Positions 18,389 to 29,073 of a DNA stretch of 37,869 nt are shown one piece after another. Within the stretch, counting starts at the first letter, position 1. Each line of letters starts with the position of its first letter. The position numbers were made by a program, and so were the translations under genes. Under the pieces are notes generated by a model. The model saw nothing but the letters and a program-made list of their open reading frames with translations. It made no database searches and was not told the DNA's origin. This DNA is from an uncultured Pseudomonadota bacterium (GTDB lineage Bacteria > UBA10199 > JACPAL01). The DNA lies in assembly GCA_964460495.1 (NCBI GenBank), contig CAYWRF010000002.1:1-37869 (forward strand), given 5' to 3'.

Positions 18389-19759
18389 ATGAAGGTCTTG
18401 CTCATGAAAATGGTCTCTTTGCTTTTGGCCCTGTTGGGTTTTTCCCTCTTACCGGTTGTCCCGAACCAGCTTGAAGCAGCAACCATCATCAAGTTTAAAG
18501 AGGGCGGCAATCTGCAGGCCCTTCAGGCGAAGACAAAAGGGGTCCGCTACCTGCCGAGTCTTGGATTGGCGATCGTCAAATCATCCCTCCCCCCCTCATC
18601 CCCTGACGTTGATTTTCAGGAGGATGACCAACCGATCGAGATGGCGGCGTTGCCGAATGACACCTACCTTGGAGAATCCTTTCACCTCGGCTGGGCCGAT
18701 GAGCTTCTCAATTACTCATCCGCCTGGGGCAAGACAACCGGGGCGTCCGATCTGGTTGTTGCGATCCTGGATACCGGAATTGATCTCTACCATAAGGATC
18801 TTCAGGGTAATATTTGGGTGAATTCGGGAGAGATCCCTTCCAACGGATCGGACGATGACCATAACGGGTATACCGATGATGTTACAGGATATGATTTCAT
18901 TAACGACGATATCGATCCCTCCGATGACTCCGGACACGGGACCCATGTCGCCGGGATCATCGGGGCGGTCGGGGATAACGAGTTTGGAATCGCCGGCATG
19001 AACTGGCGTGTCAGTCTGCTTCCCTTGAAGATTGCGGATGCCGAAGGGAATGGCCGGACATCCGCTGTTCTCGAGGCGATTGATTATGCGATTCGGAGTG
19101 GCGCCAGGATTATCAACGCCAGCTGGGTTGTACGTCCCAAAAAAGACGGCATGGTCTCTCTCGAGGCGATGCAACATGCATTTGAGAAACTGGAGGAGAA
19201 GGGGATCCTTGTCGTTGCCGCCGCGGGAAATGGCCGGGATGGTGAGGGGGGAAAGAACCTGTCGGAGGAACCTTTTTATCCCGCGAGCCTCCATCTCGGC
19301 AATTTTCTCGTGGCGGCCGCGGTGAATTCCGAGGGGAAACTCACTCCTGTTTCGAATTATGGATCGGAGTCGGTTGACCTCGGGGCCCCGGGTCATTCTG
19401 TCCTCTCCACCTATCCGGGCGATCGTTTCCAGCGCTCGAGCGGGACCTCTGTCTCTGCGGCCTTTATTACCGGCGCCGCCGGGCTGGTTCTGGCGCTCCA
19501 TCCGGAATGGAAGGCGGAGCAACTGGTTCAGGCGCTGAAGTCGACGGCAAGGCCGGTTGATGACCTTCAAGGCCGTGTCGGAACCGGTGGGGTGCTGGAT
19601 GTCGGAAAGGCTGTTGAGTGGCAACCGGTTCAAGTGACGACGGCGTCCGGGTCGACAAGTTCTCAGGCAAAGGATATACCGGTTGAGAAAAATAAGGAGG
19701 GAGCACCCCCTCCACCGTCTCGTGGCAGTGGAGGGGGGTGTTCCCGGGTGGGCTACTGA
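18389..19759 (+). CDS. secreted subtilisin-like serine protease (peptidase S8)
   Basis: 456 aa; signal peptide; catalytic triad motifs DTGID, HGTHVAG, GTSVSAA. Confidence 0.9.
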   Translation: MKVLLMKMVSLLLALLGFSLLPVVPNQLEAATIIKFKEGGNLQALQAKTKGVRYLPSLGLAIVKSSLPPSSPDVDFQEDDQPIEMAALPNDTYLGESFHLGWADELLNYSSAWGKTTGASDLVVAILDTGIDLYHKDLQGNIWVNSGEIPSNGSDDDHNGYTDDVTGYDFINDDIDPSDDSGHGTHVAGIIGAVGDNEFGIAGMNWRVSLLPLKIADAEGNGRTSAVLEAIDYAIRSGARIINASWVVRPKKDGMVSLEAMQHAFEKLEEKGILVVAAAGNGRDGEGGKNLSEEPFYPASLHLGNFLVAAAVNSEGKLTPVSNYGSESVDLGAPGHSVLSTYPGDRFQRSSGTSVSAAFITGAAGLVLALHPEWKAEQLVQALKSTARPVDDLQGRVGTGGVLDVGKAVEWQPVQVTTASGSTSSQAKDIPVEKNKEGAPPPPSRGSGGGCSRVGY

Positions 19760-20100
19760 GGGGTGGCCTTGGCGGCCGGGGCAGAGGGGGCTCGTCCCGT
19801 TGGGGAGAGCTCGTGGATCGTGGTAGGACCGGTTACCGTCAGATATTTTGAAACCTTCTCAAACATCTTCGGTCCGATTCCCTTCACTTCCTGAAGCTCA
19901 TCGACTGCCTTGAAGGGGTGGGCGCCCCGGAAGGCGACGATCGCGTCCGCCTTGGATTTTCCAATCCCAGGCAGGAGCATGAGCTCGGTGACACTGGCGG
20001 TATTCAGATTGACGAACCCTTCCACCGGTTTCACCTTTGCGAAGGCCGGTGAGAGGCTGAGTGTGAGGGCCACAAGGGCCATGATGACTGTGCGTTTCAT
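19753..20100 (-). CDS. comEA: ComEA-family helix-hairpin-helix DNA-binding (competence) protein
   Basis: 115 aa; signal peptide; VNLNTASVTELMLLPGIGKSKADAIV HhH motif. Confidence 0.85.
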   Translation of the reverse strand: MKRTVIMALVALTLSLSPAFAKVKPVEGFVNLNTASVTELMLLPGIGKSKADAIVAFRGAHPFKAVDELQEVKGIGPKMFEKVSKYLTVTGPTTIHELSPTGRAPSAPAAKATPQ

Positions 20101-20111
20101 GATGTTTCCTC

Positions 20112-20309
20112 CTATGGGTTAATGGGTTGTTTTTTGAACTGCCGATCACGAATATGAAGACGACCGTTGATAGGATACGCATCGAGGATCACGTTCAGTG
20201 AGTTGTCCCGATTGACGAAGCAGATACCGATCTTCGTCCAGCGATCCTTCTGTTCCGCTTCACGTTCGATCACTGTGTAGACATCCTTGATCATTACCGT
20301 TTCGTTCAT
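20112..20309 (-). CDS. hypothetical small protein (65 aa) immediately upstream of comEA
   Basis: SD AAGGA 5 nt before ATG; 11-nt gap to comEA; no family recognised. Confidence 0.45.
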   Translation of the reverse strand: MNETVMIKDVYTVIEREAEQKDRWTKIGICFVNRDNSLNVILDAYPINGRLHIRDRQFKKQPINP

Positions 20310-20356
20310 GACTTCATTCCTTTCTGTCCCCCCGCGGTGAGGACAAGGAAGGAACT

Positions 20357-20372
20357 AGCAATCGATGTGCCA
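20357..20372 (-). promoter_or_regulatory. candidate sigma54 promoter (perfect consensus) for the small-ORF-comEA operon
   Basis: Minus strand reads TGGCAC-atcga-TTGCT; predicted TSS near 20346; roughly 37-nt leader with SD. Confidence 0.6.
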
Positions 20373-20415
20373 TCTTGTTTTCTGCCTTGAAAAAGTCTGG
20401 AGAGGTGATCGGTCC

Positions 20416-20450
20416 GTCCGGATTTCGAACCGGCAGTCCGGAAATCGAAC
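20416..20450. promoter_or_regulatory. tandem 15-bp direct repeats GTCCGGATTTCGAAC / GTCCGGAAATCGAAC (20-bp period); candidate enhancer-binding sites
   Basis: Located 44-78 bp upstream of the -24 element at 20372; the first copy shares a perfect 14-mer with 7809-7822. Confidence 0.4.
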
Positions 20451-21430
20451 TAGTTTTGTCTTTCGATCACGTAATCGGCGAGTGAGAGAAGCGCTTCACG
20501 TTCGATCGAAGGTTTGAAAAGGGAAAGGGACTCCTTGGCTTGTGCCACAAATTTTTGGGCTCGGGTGTGGGTTCCCTTAAGACCGCCGTATTTCTCAATC
20601 ACCGAGACGATCTCCTTGAAGTGATTCTCTTCAAGCCTTTCGGCGATCAAGGCATCTTTGATCAGCCTCTTTTCCGGTTCCGTGGCCCTGGAAAGGGCAA
20701 TGATGAGGGGCAGGGTCAACTTTCCCTCGCGGAGGTCGGTCCCCCGGGTCTTTCCGAACTGGTTTGGATCCGAGATGTAATCCAGGATATCGTCCGCAAG
20801 CTGAAAGGCGCAGCCGACGGAGAGTCCGTAGGATCTTAAGGCGCTCAGGAATTCTTCCGAAATATTGCCTAGGATCCCGCCGATTTCACAGGAGGCGCCA
20901 ATTAGGACGGCGGTTTTTTGTTCAACGATCGAGAGGTAGTCTTCTTCCGTCGTCTGGAGGTCGTTTGACTTGGAGATCTCGAGGATTTCCCCCTCTGTGG
21001 TGATCCGCATCACGTTTGTGATCAGCCGGATGATTCGCATATTGCCTGTCCCGACCAGGAGACTGGAGGCGCGGCAATAAAAGAAATCGCCGACAAGGAC
21101 AGAAACCTGATTCCCCCACCGTGAATTGGCCGATTGTTTCCCGCGGCGGATATCCGCATCGTCGATCACGTCATCATGCATCAGCGTGGCGGTGTGAAAA
21201 AACTCCATCGCGGCGGCGCAATCAATGGTTTCGGGACCGCTCGCCCCCGCGAGGCGGGAGGACAAGAGGCAGAGGATCGGCCGGAGCCTTTTCCCGCCGT
21301 TGCGGGCAACGTACTCGGCAACATGGGTCACAAACGGAAACGAGGAGGCACATTTGGCCTGGATGACCTTTTCGATCCCTTGCAGGTCAGACTTGATCGG
21401 GAGACAGATCTCCTCCAGCGTCATGGACAT
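20450..21430 (-). CDS. ispB: polyprenyl (octaprenyl/heptaprenyl-type) diphosphate synthase
   Basis: Start moved to ATG 21430 (MSMTLEE…, 326 aa); the supplied 402-aa ORF carries a non-homologous N-terminal extension reaching the glpK promoter region; two DDxxD motifs (LMHDDVIDD, QLADDILD). Confidence 0.88.
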   Translation of the reverse strand: MSMTLEEICLPIKSDLQGIEKVIQAKCASSFPFVTHVAEYVARNGGKRLRPILCLLSSRLAGASGPETIDCAAAMEFFHTATLMHDDVIDDADIRRGKQSANSRWGNQVSVLVGDFFYCRASSLLVGTGNMRIIRLITNVMRITTEGEILEISKSNDLQTTEEDYLSIVEQKTAVLIGASCEIGGILGNISEEFLSALRSYGLSVGCAFQLADDILDYISDPNQFGKTRGTDLREGKLTLPLIIALSRATEPEKRLIKDALIAERLEENHFKEIVSVIEKYGGLKGTHTRAQKFVAQAKESLSLFKPSIEREALLSLADYVIERQN

Positions 21431-21499
21431 CGTGAGTTCCCGGTATGTCACTTCTGGTTTCTTGTCAAAAATTTTTTCCCGTGTTAACTGGGGGGATCC

Positions 21500-22969
21500 A
21501 TGAAGGATCTTATTCTGGCAATTGATCAGGGGACAACCGGCACGACGGTGGTGATTCTGGATCAGGGTCTCACGGTTATTGCCAAGGAAAATAACGAATT
21601 TCCGCAACATTTCCCTGAGCCAGGCTGGGTGGAACACAATCCGGAGGAGATCTGGCAATGCGTCCTGAAGACGATTGAGGAGTCGATACGGTCTGCCGAT
21701 ATTGACCCGTCAAGGATTGCCGGAATTGGTATCACGAACCAGAGGGAGACAACCCTCCTTTGGGACCGCGCGTCAGGACGCCCCGTTCATCCGGCAATTG
21801 TCTGGCAGGACCGGCGAACCGCCCCCCTGTGTGAAGCACTGAGGAAAAAGGGGATTGAAAAAAAGATCCGGTCAAAAACAGGTCTCGTCCTCGACCCCTA
21901 TTTTTCCGGCACCAAGCTCCACTGGCTTCTGGATCATTATAGAGAGGCGAGACAAAATCCCGAAAATTTCCATTTTGGGACCATTGACAGCTATCTCGTT
22001 TTCAAGCTCACTCGAGGGAGACATGTGACCGACGTCTCCAACGCCTCACGGACCCTCTTGATGGACCTGAAGTCGCTCGATTGGGATCCGGATTTGTTGA
22101 AGATTTTTCGGATTCCCCCCTCACTCTTGCCAAAAATCTGCTCTTCTTCCGAGGTCTATGGGGCGACAAAAAATGTGGAAGGATTACCGGACGGGATTCC
22201 GGTTTGCGGGATCGCCGGCGATCAGCAGTCCGCCCTGTTCGGTCAGGCCTGCTTTCGGGAGGGAGAGGCAAAGTGCACGTATGGAACCGGCTCGTTTCTC
22301 CTGATGAACACCGGTCAGAGAATCATCCGCTCTTGTTCCGGGATGTTGACAACCGTTGCCTGGAAGCTGGGGAGGGAGGTCTGTTATGCCCTCGAGGGGA
22401 GCGCCTTTGTTGCGGGGGCCGCCGTCCAGTGGGTGAGAGATGGACTCAAGGGGATCCGGGCCTCTTCCGAGATCGAGCAACTGGCTGCCTCCGTCCCGGA
22501 TGCCGGCGGCGTGATTTTTGTCCCTGCCTTCGTCGGGCTCGGCGCCCCCTACTGGAAACCGGAGGCCCGCGGGCTGATCTCCGGCATCACGCGTGGGACC
22601 TCCGCAGCCCATATCGCCCGCGCCACACTGGAGGGGATAGCCTACTTGCAGTATGACATACTCGAGGCGATGCAAAAGGATCTGGGGAGGCGCCTGAAGA
22701 TACTCAAGGTGGATGGGGGGGCCTCTCAGGACAATCTTTTGATGCAGTTTCAGTCGGATATCCTCGCAGTCGAACTTTCTCGTCCCCGGATTGTCGAGAC
22801 AACGGCGCTTGGCGCCGCCTTCCTGGCCGGTCTTGGGGTTGGCCTCTGGAAGAATAAAGAGGAGATCTCCGCCCATTGGCAAGAGGACCGCCGTTTCCGA
22901 CCCCAGATGAAGAAGAGAGAGATTGCCGAGCGGATCGCCCACTGGCGTGAGGCGGTCAAGAGGGCTTGA
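21500..22969 (+). CDS. glpK: glycerol kinase
   Basis: 489 aa; LAIDQGTTGTTVVILD N-terminus; FGGY kinase family; SD GGGGGA. Confidence 0.97.
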   Translation: MKDLILAIDQGTTGTTVVILDQGLTVIAKENNEFPQHFPEPGWVEHNPEEIWQCVLKTIEESIRSADIDPSRIAGIGITNQRETTLLWDRASGRPVHPAIVWQDRRTAPLCEALRKKGIEKKIRSKTGLVLDPYFSGTKLHWLLDHYREARQNPENFHFGTIDSYLVFKLTRGRHVTDVSNASRTLLMDLKSLDWDPDLLKIFRIPPSLLPKICSSSEVYGATKNVEGLPDGIPVCGIAGDQQSALFGQACFREGEAKCTYGTGSFLLMNTGQRIIRSCSGMLTTVAWKLGREVCYALEGSAFVAGAAVQWVRDGLKGIRASSEIEQLAASVPDAGGVIFVPAFVGLGAPYWKPEARGLISGITRGTSAAHIARATLEGIAYLQYDILEAMQKDLGRRLKILKVDGGASQDNLLMQFQSDILAVELSRPRIVETTALGAAFLAGLGVGLWKNKEEISAHWQEDRRFRPQMKKREIAERIAHWREAVKRA

Positions 22970-22970
22970 G

Positions 22971-23999
22971 ATGCGTGCGATCCGGATCCATCAGCATGGA
23001 GGTCCCGAAAAACTCCAGATCGACGAACTGCCGATTCCTGAGCCGGCCGCAGGCGAGGTCCTCGTCAAGATACGCGCGGCGGCACTGAACCATATGGACC
23101 TCTGGGTTCGAAACGGGATGCCGGGTGTCAAACTCCCCCTGCCGATCATCCTCGGATGCGAGGCAAGTGGTGTCATTGAGTCGGTTGGTCAGGGTGCCAA
23201 ACAATACAGAAAGGGGGACGAGGTGGTTGTCATCCCGAACCGGAGTTGCGGCGAATGCCCCTCCTGCCGGGAGGGAAACGACCACTTCTGCCCGCGGTTT
23301 GGGCTTTATGGGGAGACGGAGGATGGTTTGGATGCCGAATACAAGGTTGTCCCTGAAAGAAACCTGATTCTCAAGCCTGCCAGTCTCTCCTTTGAGGAGG
23401 CGGCCGCGATCCCCGTCACATTCATGACCGCCTGGCATATGTTGGTCGACAAGGCGAGGCTGAGTGAAGGACAGACGGTACTTGTCTTGGCGGCATCGAG
23501 CGGGGTTGGTTCTGCCGCGATCCAGATCGCCAGGCATTTTGGGGCAAAGGTCATCACGACAGTCGGGATCGATGAAAAGATGTCGCTCGCCAGGCGATTA
23601 GGTGCGGACTACGTTATTAACTATCGGACGCAGGGGATTGCCGATGAGGTCAAGAGGATCACGAACCGGCGAGGAGTCGACCTGGTTGTCGAACATGTGG
23701 GGGTGGCAACCTGGGAACAAAGCCTCAAGTCGCTTGCATTTGGGGGGAAGATCGTCACCTGTGGTGCTACGACCGGCGCCGATGTAAAAATCAACCTCGT
23801 CCATCTTTTTATCAAGCATCAACAGATCATTGGATCGACGATGGGGCCCTCAAAGACGCTCAAAGGTCTCCTTCATCTGGTGGCGGAGGGAAAACTTCAT
23901 CCCGTGATCGATCATGTTTTCAAATTCTCGGACGTCCAGGCGGCCCACCGCCGCCTCGAGGGGCGGGAACAGTTTGGCAAGATTGTTCTGATCCCCTGA
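22971..23999 (+). CDS. zinc-binding alcohol dehydrogenase / MDR superfamily oxidoreductase
   Basis: Start at ATG 22971 (MRAIRIHQHGG…), 1 nt after the glpK stop; structural-zinc Cys cluster CGECPSCREGNDHFC; GxGxxG AASSGVGSAA. Confidence 0.88.
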   Translation: MRAIRIHQHGGPEKLQIDELPIPEPAAGEVLVKIRAAALNHMDLWVRNGMPGVKLPLPIILGCEASGVIESVGQGAKQYRKGDEVVVIPNRSCGECPSCREGNDHFCPRFGLYGETEDGLDAEYKVVPERNLILKPASLSFEEAAAIPVTFMTAWHMLVDKARLSEGQTVLVLAASSGVGSAAIQIARHFGAKVITTVGIDEKMSLARRLGADYVINYRTQGIADEVKRITNRRGVDLVVEHVGVATWEQSLKSLAFGGKIVTCGATTGADVKINLVHLFIKHQQIIGSTMGPSKTLKGLLHLVAEGKLHPVIDHVFKFSDVQAAHRRLEGREQFGKIVLIP

Positions 24000-24203
24000 G
24001 GCAGGTCGAAAATTCGTCGCAACCGGAACCGGTTTTGACCGATAATATCATTGATGCAAGTCGACAGGGGCGATTATCCGTCAGATCGAGTCTCTCCCCA
24101 GACTGGGGTGATCGTACTCCAAAACGTCGCCAATAGGGGCTGGGTCTTTATAGAAAAATCTCTAATATCAAGTAGTTATGTTGTTGATTTGGCCATTGAA
24201 AGG

Positions 24204-24219
24204 TGGCGGAGATATTGCT
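24204..24219 (+). promoter_or_regulatory. candidate sigma54 promoter TGGCGG-agata-TTGCT
   Basis: Exact GG/GC spacing; 25 nt upstream of ATG 24244, with SD AAGGAG in between. Confidence 0.45.
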
Positions 24220-24243
24220 ACCATATCGATAAAGGAGCAAAGA

Positions 24244-24636
24244 ATGGTTGATAAATTTTCAGGGGTTACAGATCAGAAGCAGGCGGGAACGGTTACGGAT
24301 CCAGGTCGTGTCAGTCCCGCCGGTCCGGCTGGTTTACCGACTCCCGGTGGGGCACCCAAGCCGGTTGCACCTGCCCCCGATATTGCCAGGGCAGGCCAGG
24401 CGCTCCGGAATCTCGGTGGGTTAAACAAGGCGGTTGTAGCCCCCTTGCAGTTTCGTGCCGTTGCCGCGAGGGATTCGCTTCCGACAGATCTTCAGACTGC
24501 CTGCGACAAATTAAGAGGTCTTTCAGAGGGGGAGTTCGCCATATTGAAAAGAGAGGCAGGATCCTTAAGGGGAGATCTTTTGTTTCCGTTGGCCCGCAGG
24601 GGTCTCAACGTCCTTTTGAATGGAGCAGGGAAATAA
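24244..24636 (+). CDS. hypothetical protein with Pro/Ala-rich N-terminal region
   Basis: Start chosen at ATG 24244 (SD AAGGAG, 6-nt spacer) rather than 24178, which would cover the promoter; 130 aa; no family recognised. Confidence 0.5.
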   Translation: MVDKFSGVTDQKQAGTVTDPGRVSPAGPAGLPTPGGAPKPVAPAPDIARAGQALRNLGGLNKAVVAPLQFRAVAARDSLPTDLQTACDKLRGLSEGEFAILKREAGSLRGDLLFPLARRGLNVLLNGAGK

Positions 24637-24971
24637 TGACGCTCAATGAATTGATCTTGAAATGTCCGCGCCTCAAATGCCTGAAGGAGTCGGCCAGCTT
24701 TCTGTCCCTCCCGAAGGAGCGTCAGGATTACATGGTCGAGTTGATCGAGGATGCCCTCTTCTGGATGGAACTTGAAAACCGCCCGAACTCAAACGACGGT
24801 TTCAAATTTCTGGCGGCCACCTATGGGCTTCAAAATGCCGAGAGTGAGGCGAAGGAGAGGCAGCTCGATGGCAAGAACAAGGAAAAATTTATCCGACCCC
24901 ATCAGGATCTCTACACGATGTTCAATCCCTATTCCGGGAACGGCAACGAAGGCAAGAGTCCCAAGCGCTAG
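24636..24971 (+). CDS. hypothetical protein
   Basis: 111 aa; TAATG stop/start overlap with the upstream gene; SD AGGGA; no family recognised. Confidence 0.5.
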   Translation: MTLNELILKCPRLKCLKESASFLSLPKERQDYMVELIEDALFWMELENRPNSNDGFKFLAATYGLQNAESEAKERQLDGKNKEKFIRPHQDLYTMFNPYSGNGNEGKSPKR

Positions 24972-26728
24972 AATTCCGCAATCAGACTTGTCCTCAAACC
25001 CCACGCCCAGTTTGCCGTGTCGCTTCCGATGGAGTGGATCTGTGCCACATTGCTCGGATTGATGATCGGGGTATCCTGCTGAACCGAATAGGCGTCGCCC
25101 GGGAGCAGGTAGGCGGCGGTCAGATTCAGGACAAAGTGATCGAAGAATCTTCCTTCAAAACTCCCGTCGACCTCGAGCCCATACCACTTTTGGGACTGGA
25201 CAACCCGAGGGAGATCCGAAATCCCGATCATCTCCGAGAAGTCGAGATCGATGTTGTTCACCGGCGCCCAGGCGGTGATCACCTTCAGCCCCGCCTTGGC
25301 CGGTCCTGCCTTGGGTACCCACGATGACAGATCCAGATGATGCCAATAGCCGGCCGTCCCATAGAGGGCATTATTGATGAAGTTTCCGGTGACCGGAACC
25401 GCGCCGACCAGTTGCCGGCTCCCGTTTCCGTCGCTGTTCGCCTGGGTGATCCGCGGGGAGGTGCCGAGCGGGACATGGAACATCAAGAGGGCGATCTGGT
25501 AGTCGGGCCGGAACCCGAACTGTGTGATTCGGGAGGAGAGCGGTTGGGCATCGCCGGAGGCGTATCCCGACTGGATCAGGAACTCTCCGAAATCAAAATT
25601 TCCCTCAAATTCAGCGGCGCCCATATGGACCATCAGGGTATTTTGGGTCTCCACCTCGGCGGTGTTCGGATCGTCCGAGGGGAGTTCGATCGGTCCCCTC
25701 GATGCCGCCGGAAGGTTATTGAAGGCGATCGCATCGACTGCAAGACCTGTGGCGATCTTGCCGGTCATGAAGGCATACTCCAGCTCAAGTCTCCAGGGGC
25801 CGTTCTTGAATTTGAGGTAGGTGTCAGCGAAATAGATTAAGGTGTCTCCATCCCTTCCCGCAGGGATCGGATCTCCCAACTGGAAATTGTCGTGGTCATC
25901 AAGGACAGGATCCCCGTTGCCATCGACCAGGATCGGACGTGCCGTCGTTGTCGTCTCCCTTTCCGTCCCGTTCCGATAGCGGATTCCCGAAAAGGTTCCC
26001 AATGTCAGTTTTTCCTCCCAGTCGTAGAGAAGGAGACCCGCAAACTGGCGCATGTCTTCCGCCGGATAAGTGATTGTCCCGCCGAGTCCGCTGATTCGGG
26101 GATCGGTCTGTTTCGTAAAGGCAACGTCTGCGGCGGCTCCAAACTGGATCGTCCCGAAATTCTCCTTCTCAATCCCCGCGATCCACATCATCCGGTCCGA
26201 GGTGTCCCCAAAGTCGTCATGAATACCGTTCCCGCTGCTTTGAAAGATGCCGAGACCCCAATGGGAAGGCTGTCTCCCGATCCTGAATTTTCCGCCCGGG
26301 GTGAAGAGATCCATGTAAACACGCCGGACGTTCAGCGCCTTGTTTTCCCCTGCCTCACCCCCTGTGACGCCGATCGCCCCACCGGCCCCCGGAAGCTGGA
26401 TCGTCCCGACGATCGGGGAGAGAAAATCAATCTCCTTCGTCTCCTCCGTCCCGGCAATCACGTTATCGAGGATATCAAACTGGGTGTGGATCGAGATGTT
26501 GTCGTTGAGCTTCAGTGTCGGTTCGATACGGAGCCGCTCCTGGGTAAAGAGCATGCTGCCAAAACGGTCGTTATCCCCCAGCCCCCCCTGATCAATCGTC
26601 GAGGGTCTTTGGGTGTCCAGATCATGGTAATGGACGAGGCGTGACCGCAGGTAGCCCGGGGTCGAAAATTCCAGGGCATAACCGGAGAGCGGCGTCAATA
26701 AAATGGATAAGACAACAATCCGGCGCAA
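24968..26728 (-). CDS. outer-membrane beta-barrel protein (porin-like), family not assigned
   Basis: 586 aa; signal peptide RRIVVLSILLTPLSGYA; C-terminal …LIAEF with terminal Phe; alternating amphipathic strands. The supplied ORF starts at TTG 26728; an in-frame ATG with SD exists at 26770. Confidence 0.7.
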   Translation of the reverse strand: MRRIVVLSILLTPLSGYALEFSTPGYLRSRLVHYHDLDTQRPSTIDQGGLGDNDRFGSMLFTQERLRIEPTLKLNDNISIHTQFDILDNVIAGTEETKEIDFLSPIVGTIQLPGAGGAIGVTGGEAGENKALNVRRVYMDLFTPGGKFRIGRQPSHWGLGIFQSSGNGIHDDFGDTSDRMMWIAGIEKENFGTIQFGAAADVAFTKQTDPRISGLGGTITYPAEDMRQFAGLLLYDWEEKLTLGTFSGIRYRNGTERETTTTARPILVDGNGDPVLDDHDNFQLGDPIPAGRDGDTLIYFADTYLKFKNGPWRLELEYAFMTGKIATGLAVDAIAFNNLPAASRGPIELPSDDPNTAEVETQNTLMVHMGAAEFEGNFDFGEFLIQSGYASGDAQPLSSRITQFGFRPDYQIALLMFHVPLGTSPRITQANSDGNGSRQLVGAVPVTGNFINNALYGTAGYWHHLDLSSWVPKAGPAKAGLKVITAWAPVNNIDLDFSEMIGISDLPRVVQSQKWYGLEVDGSFEGRFFDHFVLNLTAAYLLPGDAYSVQQDTPIINPSNVAQIHSIGSDTANWAWGLRTSLIAEF

Positions 26729-26788
26729 CGGTTTCTCTCTTGTTTCCCCCTCCTGCGGAATAAGTCATTTAGGGCCTCTGAGTCAAAG

Positions 26789-26821
26789 AAAAAGGGGCGA
26801 GGTCACCCTCGCCCCTTTTTT
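26789..26821 (-). terminator. bidirectional rho-independent terminator downstream of groEL
   Basis: AAAAA-GGGGCGAGG-tcac-CCTCGCCCC-TTTTTT; perfect 9-bp GC stem. Confidence 0.8.
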
Positions 26822-26845
26822 GGGTACAGAAACCGAACAACTCTC

Positions 26846-28486
<1,641 letters not shown>

Positions 28487-28511
28487 TTACTTAATGATTA
28501 ACGAACAACCT

Positions 28512-28829
28512 TTATGACTCTAAGACTCCCAACACATCCTCTTCCTTGACGATCAAATGCTCTTCCCCCTCAATCTTGACCTCTGTCCCTGAGTATTTGC
28601 TGAAGAGGATCTTCTCGCCGACCTTGATTTCCAGAGGAACGACCTTCCCGTCATCGAGGACCTTCCCCTTTCCGATCGCCACAACCCTTCCCTCTTGAGG
28701 TTTCTCCTTGGCGGTATCCGGGATGATAATCCCCCCCTTGGTCTTCTCCTCTTCGTTCAATCTTTTAACAAGGATCCGATCCTGAAGCGGCCGGATCTTC
28801 ATCTTTTTTTGATTCTGGTTTGTTGTCAT
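28512..28829 (-). CDS. groS: co-chaperonin GroES
   Basis: 105 aa; [14 protein letters not shown] core preceded by a 9-aa N-terminal extension; SD AAGGAGG before ATG 28829. Confidence 0.95.
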   Translation of the reverse strand: MTTNQNQKKMKIRPLQDRILVKRLNEEEKTKGGIIIPDTAKEKPQEGRVVAIGKGKVLDDGKVVPLEIKVGEKILFSKYSGTEVKIEGEEHLIVKEEDVLGVLES

Positions 28830-28913
28830 GGAACGCCTCCTTTACTTAAGTTATTGTTAATAAAAAACTTTTCTGTTGACCGAATCGCCCATTTCTCCTT
28901 CAAAAGCGGCGGG

Positions 28914-28941
28914 AATATAGTCATTTTAACCGCCTTGTCAA
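28914..28941 (-). promoter_or_regulatory. groES promoter TTGACA-N16-TATATT
   Basis: The -35 sits inside CCCCTTGACA (also sigma32-like CCCTTGAA); leader roughly 80 nt; no CIRCE-like inverted repeat (TTAGCACTC-N9-GAGTGCTAA) found in the leader. Confidence 0.5.
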
Positions 28942-28953
28942 GGGGTGATCTGA

Positions 28954-29040
28954 CAGGTTGTTGATAAAGGCCCATCTGCGGCGCCTTGCATCTGGGACCT
29001 TTCTCAACAGCCTGGAGAATCATCGTTTGTCAACAAACTT
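28954..29040. mobile_element. internally deleted copy of the 150-bp MITE-like element
   Basis: CAGGTTGTTGATAAAGGCCCATCTGC-ggcgccttg-CATCTGGGACCTTTCTCAACAGCCTGG-agaatcatc-GTTTGTCAACAAAC = both subterminal inverted-repeat ends plus the terminal 14-mer, with the internal region missing. Confidence 0.6.
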
Positions 29041-29073
29041 GCCAGGATGGGTGATATGACAGTAAGTAACTAA

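Noticed and set aside
21431-21658. N-terminal 76-aa extension of the ispB ORF
   Set aside because: No similarity to polyprenyl synthases; it would overlap the glpK promoter region. Internal ATG 21430 gives a canonical 326-aa protein.
24178-24243. Longer start (ATG 24178) for the first small ORF
   Set aside because: It would place the sigma54-like promoter inside the coding region. ATG 24244 has a strong SD at ideal spacing.
28830-28941. CIRCE/HrcA operator upstream of groES
   Set aside because: Searched the leader for a TTAGCACTC-N9-GAGTGCTAA-like inverted repeat; none present.
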